Source of the DNA: Kiritimatiellia bacterium
GTDB lineage: Bacteria; Verrucomicrobiota; Kiritimatiellia; RFP12; UBA1067
DNA: 64,000 nt
Direction of reading: 5' to 3'
NCBI GenBank assembly: GCA_045598585.1
Contig: JAZLMG010000027.1
Span: forward strand, 4,380 to 68,379
Shown here: in pieces, positions 30,629 to 38,348 of the stretch
How the letters are laid out: every line of letters begins with the position of its first letter
How positions within the stretch are numbered: the stretch's first letter is position 1
Program-made: the position numbers and the translations under genes
The notes under the pieces: model-generated
Told to the model about the DNA's origin: nothing
Database searches by the model: none
What the model saw: only the letters and a program-made list of their open reading frames with translations

Positions 30629-31408
30629 ATGCAGGTAATGGAAGAAACGATTTCGGGCGCGATTGTGCGCAGCTATTTCAAGAAACTCGAAAGCAATTTG
30701 GCGGTTGATGTCGCCATTGTCGGTGCGGGTCCTTCGGGTCTCGTTGCCGCGCGTGATTTGGCTTTGAAGGGCTACAAGGTCGCGATGTTCGAATCGAAGC
30801 TCGCGCCGGGCGGCGGAACTTGGGGCGGCGGCATGCTCTTCAACGAAGTCGTCGTTCAGAATGACGCGGCGGAAATCCTCCATGAGTTCGGCATCACGAC
30901 CGTTCCTGTCGATAACCAGTATCACACCGTCGACTCGGTCGAAATGGCCTCGGGTCTTATCTTCGGCGCGAAGAAGGCGGGCGTTACGATCTTCAACACG
31001 GTTAAAGTCGAAGATATCGTCATTCACAACGGCACCGTCTGCGGCGTCGTCATCAACTGGAATCCGGTCGCGCGTCTCGAGATGCATGTTGATCCGATTG
31101 TCGTCACTTGCCGCGCGCTTATCGACGGCACGGGTCATCCGAGCGAAATCATCAACAAGGCCGTCAACAAGGCGGGCGTCAAGATCGATTCTCCTACGGG
31201 CGGCATCCTCGGCGAAAAGCCGATGTGGATGGAAGACGGGGAGCGTACGACGGTCGAGAACACGAAGCGCCTCTACCCCGGGCTTTACGCCTCGGGTATG
31301 GCGGCGAACAATGTCCAAGGCGGCTTCCGTATGGGCCCGATCTTCGGCGGAATGTTCAAGTCGGGTCGTAAGATCGCCTCGATTATCGACGCTGATTTGA
31401 AGGCCTAA
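30629..31408 (+). CDS. thi4: Thi4-type thiazole synthase (sulfide-dependent ADP-thiazole synthase family)
   Basis: ATG 30629 lies 8 nt after AAGGAG. FAD/NAD motif [11 protein letters not shown]. Confidence 0.85.
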   Translation: MQVMEETISGAIVRSYFKKLESNLAVDVAIVGAGPSGLVAARDLALKGYKVAMFESKLAPGGGTWGGGMLFNEVVVQNDAAEILHEFGITTVPVDNQYHTVDSVEMASGLIFGAKKAGVTIFNTVKVEDIVIHNGTVCGVVINWNPVARLEMHVDPIVVTCRALIDGTGHPSEIINKAVNKAGVKIDSPTGGILGEKPMWMEDGERTTVENTKRLYPGLYASGMAANNVQGGFRMGPIFGGMFKSGRKIASIIDADLKA

Positions 31409-31423
31409 GTCGCTTAGTTGGGC

Positions 31424-31942
31424 ATGAAGATAGCGTTTATCAGTGATGTGCATGGTGTGCCGTCGACTTTGGAGGCGGCGCTAAGAAAAGCGGACGAGCT
31501 AGGCGCGGAGAAGATCGCGCTTTTGGGCGATCTTCTCTATCATGGCCCTCGAAACGGCGTACCTAACTTCTACGATCCCGTCAAAGTCGCCGAGCTTCTT
31601 AATGAACGCGCCTCTCAGATTATCGCGGTCCGCGGCAACTGTGACGCGGAAGTCGACCAAATGATGCTCAAATTCCCGATTATGGCCGATTATCAAATCC
31701 TCGAGGCGGGGAAAGAGACGTTCTTTTTGACCCATGGGCACCTCTTTAACGAGTGGAAGCTTCCCCCGATAGGAATCGGCACGGTTATGGTCAACGGCCA
31801 CACGCATATCGCTGAAAAGAAGACGCTTCCTTGTGGACTTAAGCTTTTTAATCCCGGCTCTGTGTCGCTTCCGAAGGGCGGAACGCCGCGCAGTTTCGGC
31901 TTTTACAACGGCTCCGACTACTCAATCGTCCCTCTATCGTAA
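31424..31942 (+). CDS. YfcE/MJ0936-family metallophosphoesterase
   Basis: MKIAFISDVHG, GDLLYHGPRN, RGNCD and THGH motifs. Confidence 0.8.
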   Translation: MKIAFISDVHGVPSTLEAALRKADELGAEKIALLGDLLYHGPRNGVPNFYDPVKVAELLNERASQIIAVRGNCDAEVDQMMLKFPIMADYQILEAGKETFFLTHGHLFNEWKLPPIGIGTVMVNGHTHIAEKKTLPCGLKLFNPGSVSLPKGGTPRSFGFYNGSDYSIVPLS

Positions 31943-32025
31943 AGCCCTACCCCTCCTCGGGAGGTGGGTGCCTACCACCCGAGCGGTCCGATTATAGGGA
32001 ATTATACATAACTATAAGCATGTTC

Positions 32026-32054
32026 TTGCAAAAAGCCCTATAGTATGTTATAAT
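32026..32054 (+). promoter_or_regulatory. extended -10 promoter of the AAA+ ATPase gene
   Basis: TTGCAA, 17-nt spacer, TGTTATAAT. The gene has its own SD (AAGGAGG) before ATG 32085. Confidence 0.55.
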
Positions 32055-32084
32055 ATGCTATAGTTTTAATGTCAAGGAGGCGCA

Positions 32085-33254
32085 ATGGATAGACTCAATA
32101 ACCCGTTTACCCCCGGCGCCGGCGCATTACCGCCGGAGCTTGCAGGCCGTTCTCAAATAATAGAGGATGGGCGCGTTCTCGCAGGTCGCATTCTTAAATC
32201 ACGTTATGAGAAAAGTTTGTTGCTGATTGGGCTGCGTGGTGTCGGCAAGACCGTACTTCTTCGTCATTTAGCGGAAACGGCGCGTAAAGATGGTGTTGTT
32301 CCTGTTGTGGTTGAAGTTAGAAGTGCAAAGACTGACATTGAAGAGTTGTCTTTGAGGTTAAAAGAGTCGCTTTCGACAATCGACTTCGCTTCTAAAGTCA
32401 AGGCCAAGGTTAACTATGCGTTCTCTGTTCTGAGTAACTTCGTCAGGGCTTTCGCTATAAATATAGGGGATTTTGGTGTTACTGTCGAACTCGCGCAAGG
32501 GGTTGCATCGTCCGGCAAGATGGAACTTGACCTATCTGAAGTTCTAATAGCTTGCGCACGGGCGGCAAAGGACGCGGAAACCGCCATAGGGCTTTATATT
32601 GATGAGTTGCAAAATCTTGATATTGAGGCAATGAGAGGTATAATTGTGGCACTCCATCGCTCGGCTCAAGAGTCTTTGCCGCTTTACATGGTCGGCTCCG
32701 GATTGCCATCTATTCGCGGGTTGATAGGAAAGAGTAAGACCTATGCAGAAAGAATGTTTAACTACGCGGATGTTGGTGCGTTAAATGAGAGTGATGTCGA
32801 TGCGGCGATAACTATCCCGATGAATGCTAACGGTCTTGACATCGAGCTCTCGGCAATTAAAGAAATCTTTCGCGCAACGCAAGGGTATCCATATTTCTTG
32901 CAAGAGTATGGATATCAAGTGTGGCTTGCGGCAAACGGCGAGTCGATTACCGCCAAAGAGATTCTAAGTATTGGGGAAGCGGTTGAACGCAGATTAGACG
33001 CGAACTTCTTTGATGTGCGATTTGATCGGGTTTCGAACATTGAAAAGTCCATGCTTAGATTCATGGCTGATTTCCCGAGTGAGGCCTCGGTGTCTGTGTC
33101 GGAGTTGGCGGAGCGAATGGGCAGAACGTTGAGTTCATTATCGCCAATACGTTCGTCTTTAATTAAAAAGGGGATGATATATTCGCCCAAGCATGGCTGT
33201 GTTGCATACACGGTGCCGATGTTTGGTGAATATATGAAGCGAGTAATGCCCTAA
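32085..33254 (+). CDS. AAA+/STAND-like ATPase with C-terminal winged-helix (Arch_ATPase/DUF234-like)
   Basis: 389 aa with N-terminal NPFTPGAG…GR, Walker A GLRGVGKT, Walker B LYIDELQ, GYPYFLQ, and a C-terminal wHTH-like SVSELAERMGRTLSSLSPIRSSLIKKGMIY. Confidence 0.65.
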   Translation: MDRLNNPFTPGAGALPPELAGRSQIIEDGRVLAGRILKSRYEKSLLLIGLRGVGKTVLLRHLAETARKDGVVPVVVEVRSAKTDIEELSLRLKESLSTIDFASKVKAKVNYAFSVLSNFVRAFAINIGDFGVTVELAQGVASSGKMELDLSEVLIACARAAKDAETAIGLYIDELQNLDIEAMRGIIVALHRSAQESLPLYMVGSGLPSIRGLIGKSKTYAERMFNYADVGALNESDVDAAITIPMNANGLDIELSAIKEIFRATQGYPYFLQEYGYQVWLAANGESITAKEILSIGEAVERRLDANFFDVRFDRVSNIEKSMLRFMADFPSEASVSVSELAERMGRTLSSLSPIRSSLIKKGMIYSPKHGCVAYTVPMFGEYMKRVMP

Positions 33255-33300
33255 AGTTAAAGCCGCAGTGAAAACTGTGCTGCTGCCACACTGAAAATCC

Positions 33301-33329
33301 TTGCAAAAGGAGCGGGGATTTGCTATAAT
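33301..33329 (+). promoter_or_regulatory. strong orphan promoter (TTGCAA-17-TGcTATAAT)
   Basis: Near-consensus -35 and extended -10 with no start codon downstream before the terminator at 33407-33442. Confidence 0.55.
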
Positions 33330-33335
33330 GTGACG

Positions 33336-33442
33336 ACTTCGGCCAATCTCTTCAAGCTCGAGCTCAAGCTCAAGTAAGAGATAATTAGGTTTAGGCCTAT
33401 ACAATACGCGGCGGTTCTTTAAGGATCGCCGCGCATTATTTT
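33336..33442 (+). ncRNA. candidate ~105-nt small RNA (promoter-to-terminator unit without an ORF)
   Basis: The predicted TSS is about 33336. There is no ATG, GTG or TTG in the interval. It ends in a 7-bp all-GC hairpin (CGCGGCG…CGCCGCG) followed by CATTATTTT. Confidence 0.35.
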
Positions 33443-33489
33443 AGATGATAGGGGTCAGCGGTTTTTGTCCTTAGGGCTTTCCGATTGTC

Positions 33490-33633
33490 TTCAATATTGA
33501 AAACAACTTTCTTCAATATTGAAAACAACCTTTTCCAACATTGAAAACGACTTCCTTCAATATTGAAAATAAACGTCTTCAATATTGAAGAAAAGACGAT
33601 TCAATATTGAAGATAACCCTTTTCAATATTGAA
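33490..33633. repeat. 7 x 22-bp tandem repeat, each unit carrying the 12-bp palindrome TTCAATATTGAA
   Basis: Palindromes start at 33490, 33512, 33534 (degenerate: TCCAACATTGAA), 33556, 33578, 33600 and 33622, giving an exact 22-bp phase. Confidence 0.92.
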
Positions 33634-33733
33634 GATAAACGTAAGGGTAGGGTGCGGAAAACGTGTCGATTCCCAAGGTAAATGTATGCATCGCAATAGA
33701 TAAAAAACACTTGCATTGTCGAGCTGCCGCGTG

Positions 33734-33762
33734 TTGTATTTTGGAGGGATTTGTGGTATAAT
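33734..33762 (+). promoter_or_regulatory. extended -10 promoter of the GH89 gene
   Basis: TTGTAT, 17-nt spacer, TGGTATAAT. ATG 33769 is 6 nt after the -10, so the transcript is probably leaderless. Confidence 0.55.
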
Positions 33763-33768
33763 ATTCGT

Positions 33769-36336
33769 ATGAAAAACTTGATATTATTAGGTGCTGTTGT
33801 AGTAGGTGCGGTTACTTCGTTTGCGGCGCCCAAGGCCGATGAGAGTACGAAGGCTGCGTATGATGTTATCCGTCGTTTTGCGGGCGAAGTCGATCCGAAG
33901 GTCGAGCTGAAGCTCGATGGGGTTAGGGGAATGGGGAACGGGGACTGGTTTAACACCGAGGTGAAGGGCGAGAAGCTCGTCGTTACCGGTAATAGTCCCA
34001 TCGCTCTTACCCGCGGCTTTTATACGGCTACGAAAGCTCAAAAGCGCGGCATGAACAGCTGGGCGGGAAACCGTTTCGCCGCCGAGCCCTGGAAGAAAGA
34101 AGCGGAAGTTACCGGCTCGACTCCGTTCGAATACCGTTACTACTTTAACGTCGTAACTTACGGCTATACGATGCCCTATTGGACTTGGGAGCGCTGGAGT
34201 AAGGAAATCGACTACATGGCGCTTCACGGCATCAATTCGCCGATCACGCTCGTCGCGCAGGAAGCGATTATGGCGCGTGTTTTCAAGAAACTCGGCCTTA
34301 CCGACGATGAGATTCAGAGCTATTTTGTCGGCCCCGCCCATCTTCCTTGGATGCGCATGGGCAATATCTCCGGTCTCGACTCTCCCATGCCGCTCGAGTG
34401 GCACACGGACCAGATCGCGCTCCAGAAGAAGATTCTCAAGAAAATGCGCGCTCTTAAGATGAAGCCGATTACGCCCGGCTTCGCGGGATTCGTTCCGCCT
34501 GCCCTGAAGCGCATCTATCCCGACTTGGAGCTCGTCGAAACGAAGTGGTGTGGCGGCAGATTTCATAACTGGATGGTCATGCCCAATCACCCCGTCTTCG
34601 AGAAGATCGGCACGATGTTCATCGAGGAATATCAGAAGGAATTCGGCAAGAATGATCTGATACTCGTCGACTCCTTTAATGAGATGGAGACTCCTTTCCC
34701 TCCGAAGGGCTCGGCGGAGCGCTACAATCTCATGAACGAGTATGGCGAGAAGGTCTACCGCTCGCTTCACAACGCGAACCCCGACGCGATTTGGGTAATG
34801 CAGGGTTGGATGTTCGGCTACCAGCGTCATGTCTGGGATCAAGACACTCTCGCGGCACTCGTGAAGAAAGTCCCGGACGACAAGATGATCCTCCTCGATG
34901 AAGCCGTCGACTATAATAAGCATTGGTGGCACAATCAGGTCAATTGGGATTTCCACAAGGGCTTTTACAATAAGCTCTGGATCTACTCCGTGATTCCGAA
35001 TATGGGCGGAAAGTGCGGCCTTACGGGCGTCCTCGATTTCTATGCGAATGGTCACTTGGAAGCCCTTAATTCGCCGAACAAGGGTCGTCTCGTGGGCCAC
35101 GGCATGGCTCCCGAGGGCATCGAAAACAATCAGGTCGTCTACGAAATCATGGCCGATGCCGCGTGGCGCACGGAAAGAGCCGATATTCGTCAGCTTCTCC
35201 GCGATTATTCGACCGCGCGTTACGGAAAGTACGATCCCGCCCTCGATACATTCTGGGATGGAATGCTCAAATCTTGCTACGGTAGCTTCTGCGACCACCC
35301 GCAGTTCACTTGGCAGCTCGCCCCCGGGCGTGACGGCAAGGGCTCGATCAAGACGAATGCCGATTATTATCGCGGCATCGAGGCCCTCGCTTCGGTCGCG
35401 TATAAATTCAAGAATTCGCCGCTTTTTGAGGCCGATATGATTGAGATGGCCGTCGCTTATTGCGCGGGTCGAGTCGAAGAGTTGATTATCGAGAGCGAGC
35501 GGGCGATGCGCGAAGGCGAGGACGAGGTAAGCGACACTTGCGAACTCTGGATCGAGCGCCTTCTTATGGCGATGGACCGCCTCCTCGAGTCTCATCCTCA
35601 CTTCTCGCTCGAGCGTTGGATTAAATTCGCCCGCGCGCATGGCGGAAAGAACGAAAAGCTCGCCGATTACTACGAAAAGAATGCGCGCCGCATCGTCACG
35701 ATCTGGGGCCCGCCCGTCGATGACTATGCGTGCAAGGTCTGGTCGGGACTTATTCGTGACTACTATGTCCAGCGTCGTAAGATTTATATCGCCAACAAGC
35801 GCGGCGCTTCTAACGTCAACCGTTCCGAGTGGGAGCGCGAGTGGGTCGAGAAGAAGACGGGTGTAAGCGCCGTTAAGCCCTATCGAGACCCCATTGTCGC
35901 TTCGATTGCAATGGTCCAGGATTCGGCCAAGATTGTGAAGTCGCTCGTCGGAGACGTCAACGCCGCGAAAGTCTCGAACGTTAAGGCGGTCGGCGGCTGG
36001 GATCCGAAGTCGGTTTCGCTCAATACTTGGAAGGATATCGTGATTCCTTGCTCGACTCAGGACATCCGTTCGGGTCGCGCGATTCGCCTTCGCTATATTC
36101 GCGGCAGTGAACGCCTCGAGATTAAGCGTATCGCCATCGAAATGGACGGCAAGATTGTCGCCAAGTCGGAGAAGTTCGGCTTCACCGGCACGAAGCAGGA
36201 AAATAACGTCCTTCTTTACGATATCGGTTCCGAAGTTACCGGCAACAACAGCTGCAACATCGTCCTTACCGTTCGCACGCAGAACTCGAAGGACTCGACC
36301 GGTGCGGTTGAGATCTTGCTGAAAAAGAAGAAATAG
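33769..36336 (+). CDS. alpha-N-acetylglucosaminidase (GH89, NAGLU-like) with a C-terminal beta-sandwich extension
   Basis: Signal peptide MKNLILLGAVVVGAVTSFAAP. NAGLU-like blocks (YYFNVVTYGYTMPYWTWERW, GPAHLPWMRMGN, VDSFNEM, PNMGGK) are followed by about 130 extra C-terminal aa. Confidence 0.85.
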   Translation: MKNLILLGAVVVGAVTSFAAPKADESTKAAYDVIRRFAGEVDPKVELKLDGVRGMGNGDWFNTEVKGEKLVVTGNSPIALTRGFYTATKAQKRGMNSWAGNRFAAEPWKKEAEVTGSTPFEYRYYFNVVTYGYTMPYWTWERWSKEIDYMALHGINSPITLVAQEAIMARVFKKLGLTDDEIQSYFVGPAHLPWMRMGNISGLDSPMPLEWHTDQIALQKKILKKMRALKMKPITPGFAGFVPPALKRIYPDLELVETKWCGGRFHNWMVMPNHPVFEKIGTMFIEEYQKEFGKNDLILVDSFNEMETPFPPKGSAERYNLMNEYGEKVYRSLHNANPDAIWVMQGWMFGYQRHVWDQDTLAALVKKVPDDKMILLDEAVDYNKHWWHNQVNWDFHKGFYNKLWIYSVIPNMGGKCGLTGVLDFYANGHLEALNSPNKGRLVGHGMAPEGIENNQVVYEIMADAAWRTERADIRQLLRDYSTARYGKYDPALDTFWDGMLKSCYGSFCDHPQFTWQLAPGRDGKGSIKTNADYYRGIEALASVAYKFKNSPLFEADMIEMAVAYCAGRVEELIIESERAMREGEDEVSDTCELWIERLLMAMDRLLESHPHFSLERWIKFARAHGGKNEKLADYYEKNARRIVTIWGPPVDDYACKVWSGLIRDYYVQRRKIYIANKRGASNVNRSEWEREWVEKKTGVSAVKPYRDPIVASIAMVQDSAKIVKSLVGDVNAAKVSNVKAVGGWDPKSVSLNTWKDIVIPCSTQDIRSGRAIRLRYIRGSERLEIKRIAIEMDGKIVAKSEKFGFTGTKQENNVLLYDIGSEVTGNNSCNIVLTVRTQNSKDSTGAVEILLKKKK

Positions 36337-36599
36337 GTGAAGAAGTGAGGTAGCCATTTTCGGCTTCCTTATCGACACGAATAGCCTCCAGCGTGTACGG
36401 AATATCCACGAATAGGAGTGGAATTGTCTTGTAGTTCATTCGTGTGTATTCGAGAGGCTTGGTCAGCATTCGTGTGGATTAAAGAGGACTGCGCAAGCAG
36501 TTCAAGTCCGCTTTAATTTATTCGTGCTCCGGCGCGGTAGCGCCTACTCCGAAGGCCTTAACTAAAACACCGCCACTATTGACAGGGGAGGTGGAAAAG

Positions 36600-36655
36600 T
36601 CTATCAGTGAAAACGTCAAAAGTCTATCAGTGAAAACAGGAAATATCTATCAGTG
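36600..36655 (+). promoter_or_regulatory. 3 direct repeats of TCTATCAGTG at 23-bp spacing abutting the -35 of the DUF4143 ATPase promoter
   Basis: Copies at 36600-36609, 36623-36632 and 36646-36655. The first two are embedded in identical 20-mers (AAAAGTCTATCAGTGAAAAC). Confidence 0.7.
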
Positions 36656-36684
36656 TTGATTATATCTGAGAAATATGATATAAT
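36656..36684 (+). promoter_or_regulatory. extended -10 promoter of the AAA_14/DUF4143 gene
   Basis: TTGATT, 17-nt spacer, TGATATAAT. Confidence 0.55.
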
Positions 36685-36706
36685 ATTTGCATATTTTGGA
36701 GGGTAT

Positions 36707-37975
36707 ATGAAACGTAGAGGTTATCGCGACAGATTGATTGATAAAAATGTGGAGCTTTATCTTTCCACATTCGGTGCAGTGTGCTTGGAGGGCCCGAAGT
36801 GGTGTGGAAAGACATGGACAAGTCTTGCTCATGTCAAAAGTGCATATATGATAGCAGATCCATCTGACAACTTTGCGAACCGTCAATTAGCTAAGTTAGA
36901 TGTTAACAAGGCCTTAGAAGGTGAAACTCCACATCTAATTGATGAATGGCAAGAGATTCCTGCGGTTTGGGATGCAGTAAGATTTCGTGTTGATGAGGAA
37001 GCAAAGACCGGGCAATTTATCTTAACAGGATCGTCAACTCCGCAGAACAAAGGCGTCATCCATTCAGGGACGGGTCGAATTGCGCGGCTTCCAATGCATC
37101 CAATGTCGTTATACGAGAGTGGTGATTCAACAGGATCAGTATCATTGGCTGCAGTTTGCCGCGGTGAATCGATTGGTGTCGAGGCAATGGAATGTCCCAG
37201 TGTTGAACGATTGACCTCGCTTGTTGTAAGAGGAGGGTGGCCAGCTGCGCTTGGGAAATCCGATGAACAGGCAATGTTGATTCCTCGAGAATATATCGAA
37301 AACGTAATAAATATCGATATTCATAAATTGGATAATATAGAGCGGGATTCGGTAAAGGTTCGTAAATGCCTTAGATCGCTGGCACGTAATGAGTCGACTT
37401 CCGCAACAACAGCAACTATTCGGAATGATATTGCTGAAGTCGATGATTCTACGCTTAGCATCAATACTGTCGTCAATTATCTCGATGCCTTCAAGAGACT
37501 GTTCTTGACGCATGATACGGAGCCTTTTTCCACTTTCCTTCGCTCCCCTACGCGGATTAAGCAGCAAGCGAAGCGCCGCTTCTGCGATCCTTCAATAGCT
37601 GCCGCGTTACTCGGAGCGACGCCGGCGATGCTAATGCGAGACTTAAGGACATTTGGATTGTTGTTTGAATCTTTGGCTGTAAGAGATCTTGAAATCTATG
37701 GTGAATCTCTCGGCGCGAAAATTTATCATTATCAAGATTATGATAGCGATGAGTTTGATGCTGTTTTGCAGTTCCCGGATGCTTCCTGGTGTGCGTTTGA
37801 AGTGAAGTACAATCCTGAAGATATTGAGGAAGCTGCTAAGAACCTTATCGAAACCTCTAAAAAGTTTGTGCACAATCCTCCACGAGCGCTTTGTGTTATT
37901 GTCGGCAAACATGGCATCGCTCACCGTAGGGATGATGGAGTTTATGTACTTCCTTTAATGATGCTTCGTCCATAA
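36707..37975 (+). CDS. AAA_14-type ATPase with DUF4143 C-terminal domain
   Basis: ATG 36707 follows GGAGGG. Walker A GPKWCGKT, Walker B LIDEWQ, and C-terminal DUF4143-like FESLAVRDL…YHYQD…DAVL. Confidence 0.8.
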   Translation: MKRRGYRDRLIDKNVELYLSTFGAVCLEGPKWCGKTWTSLAHVKSAYMIADPSDNFANRQLAKLDVNKALEGETPHLIDEWQEIPAVWDAVRFRVDEEAKTGQFILTGSSTPQNKGVIHSGTGRIARLPMHPMSLYESGDSTGSVSLAAVCRGESIGVEAMECPSVERLTSLVVRGGWPAALGKSDEQAMLIPREYIENVINIDIHKLDNIERDSVKVRKCLRSLARNESTSATTATIRNDIAEVDDSTLSINTVVNYLDAFKRLFLTHDTEPFSTFLRSPTRIKQQAKRRFCDPSIAAALLGATPAMLMRDLRTFGLLFESLAVRDLEIYGESLGAKIYHYQDYDSDEFDAVLQFPDASWCAFEVKYNPEDIEEAAKNLIETSKKFVHNPPRALCVIVGKHGIAHRRDDGVYVLPLMMLRP

Positions 37976-38181
37976 TAACAACATCTCAAGAAGTCGCTCG
38001 CGAGGGGATGGAAGTGCTCGCAAGGCGAGGCGCTTCGCCGGATGAGAACACAAAAATTTCGCCGCGCGGCAGGGTGATGATATGATTCCTAACCAAGCGG
38101 CGAGCCATATTTTATAAGGGTCATAGCGCGTTTTTGCCGCGCTATAAACGCGCCGCGAGCTATAAGTTGCTAAAAATAGCG

Positions 38182-38210
38182 CTTTACGGGACAAAAAAAA
38201 ACGATATAAT
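38182..38210 (+). promoter_or_regulatory. putative promoter of the giant gene
   Basis: CTTTAC, 17-nt A-rich spacer, TATAAT (38205-38210). The -35 is weak. Confidence 0.4.
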
Positions 38211-38232
38211 GTAAAATGTAAAAGCACGGGAA

Positions 38233-38312
38233 CTGTGCTGAAGGCGGCAGCTTGGTCAGGGGTTTCTAACATCATTCCTCCCCGAAGCTGGGCTGCTCGC
38301 CTTCAGCACAGC
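38233..38312 (+). promoter_or_regulatory. long imperfect stem-loop in the ~130-nt 5' UTR of the giant gene
   Basis: CTGTGCTGAAGGCG (38233-) pairs with CGCCTTCAGCACAG (-38312), GCAGC with GCTGC, and GGGG with CCCC. TTTCTAACA occurs in the apical loop and again at 38328-38336 just before the SD. Confidence 0.5.
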
Positions 38313-38348
38313 TGCCGTATCGTACGATTTCTAACAAAGGAAAATAAG

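Noticed and set aside
33490-33633. The 22-bp repeat array considered as a CRISPR array.
   Set aside because: - The units are directly abutting at a 22-bp period with no unique spacers.
- The repeat is too short for a CRISPR.
- The window has no cas genes.
33787-36378. An 863-aa uninterrupted minus-strand ORF spans the entire GH89 gene. Similar long antisense ORFs lie at 24051-25364, 18501-19808, 44013-45440, 53409-54938, 58377-59381 and 61473-62996.
   Set aside because: - Their translations are low-complexity (R/L/D/G-rich) with no recognisable motifs.
- The + strand partners have clear family signatures (NAGLU, EF-Tu, ribosomal proteins).
- They look like codon-bias shadow ORFs.
36376-36480. 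DnaA-box-like strings (ATATCCACGAA; TGTGGATTA) suggesting an oriC.
   Set aside because: - Only two imperfect boxes are present.
- There is no adjacent dnaA or dnaN and no A/T-rich unwinding element.
- The strings are better explained as part of the ATTCGTG/CACGAAT repeat family.
37996-38040. A possible sixth, degenerate copy of the 55-nt hairpin element upstream of the giant gene.
   Set aside because: - Similarity is limited to CGCGAGGGG, AGGCGAGGCG and TCGCC blocks separated by indels.
- I kept it as a remark inside a finding rather than calling it a feature.
38235-38348. The ORF-track start (GTG 38235) would add 38 N-terminal residues to the giant protein.
   Set aside because: - The extension is the in-frame translation of the leader hairpin.
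- It would bury the signal peptide.
- ATG 38349 has an SD-like AAGGAAA and an immediately following canonical signal peptide.
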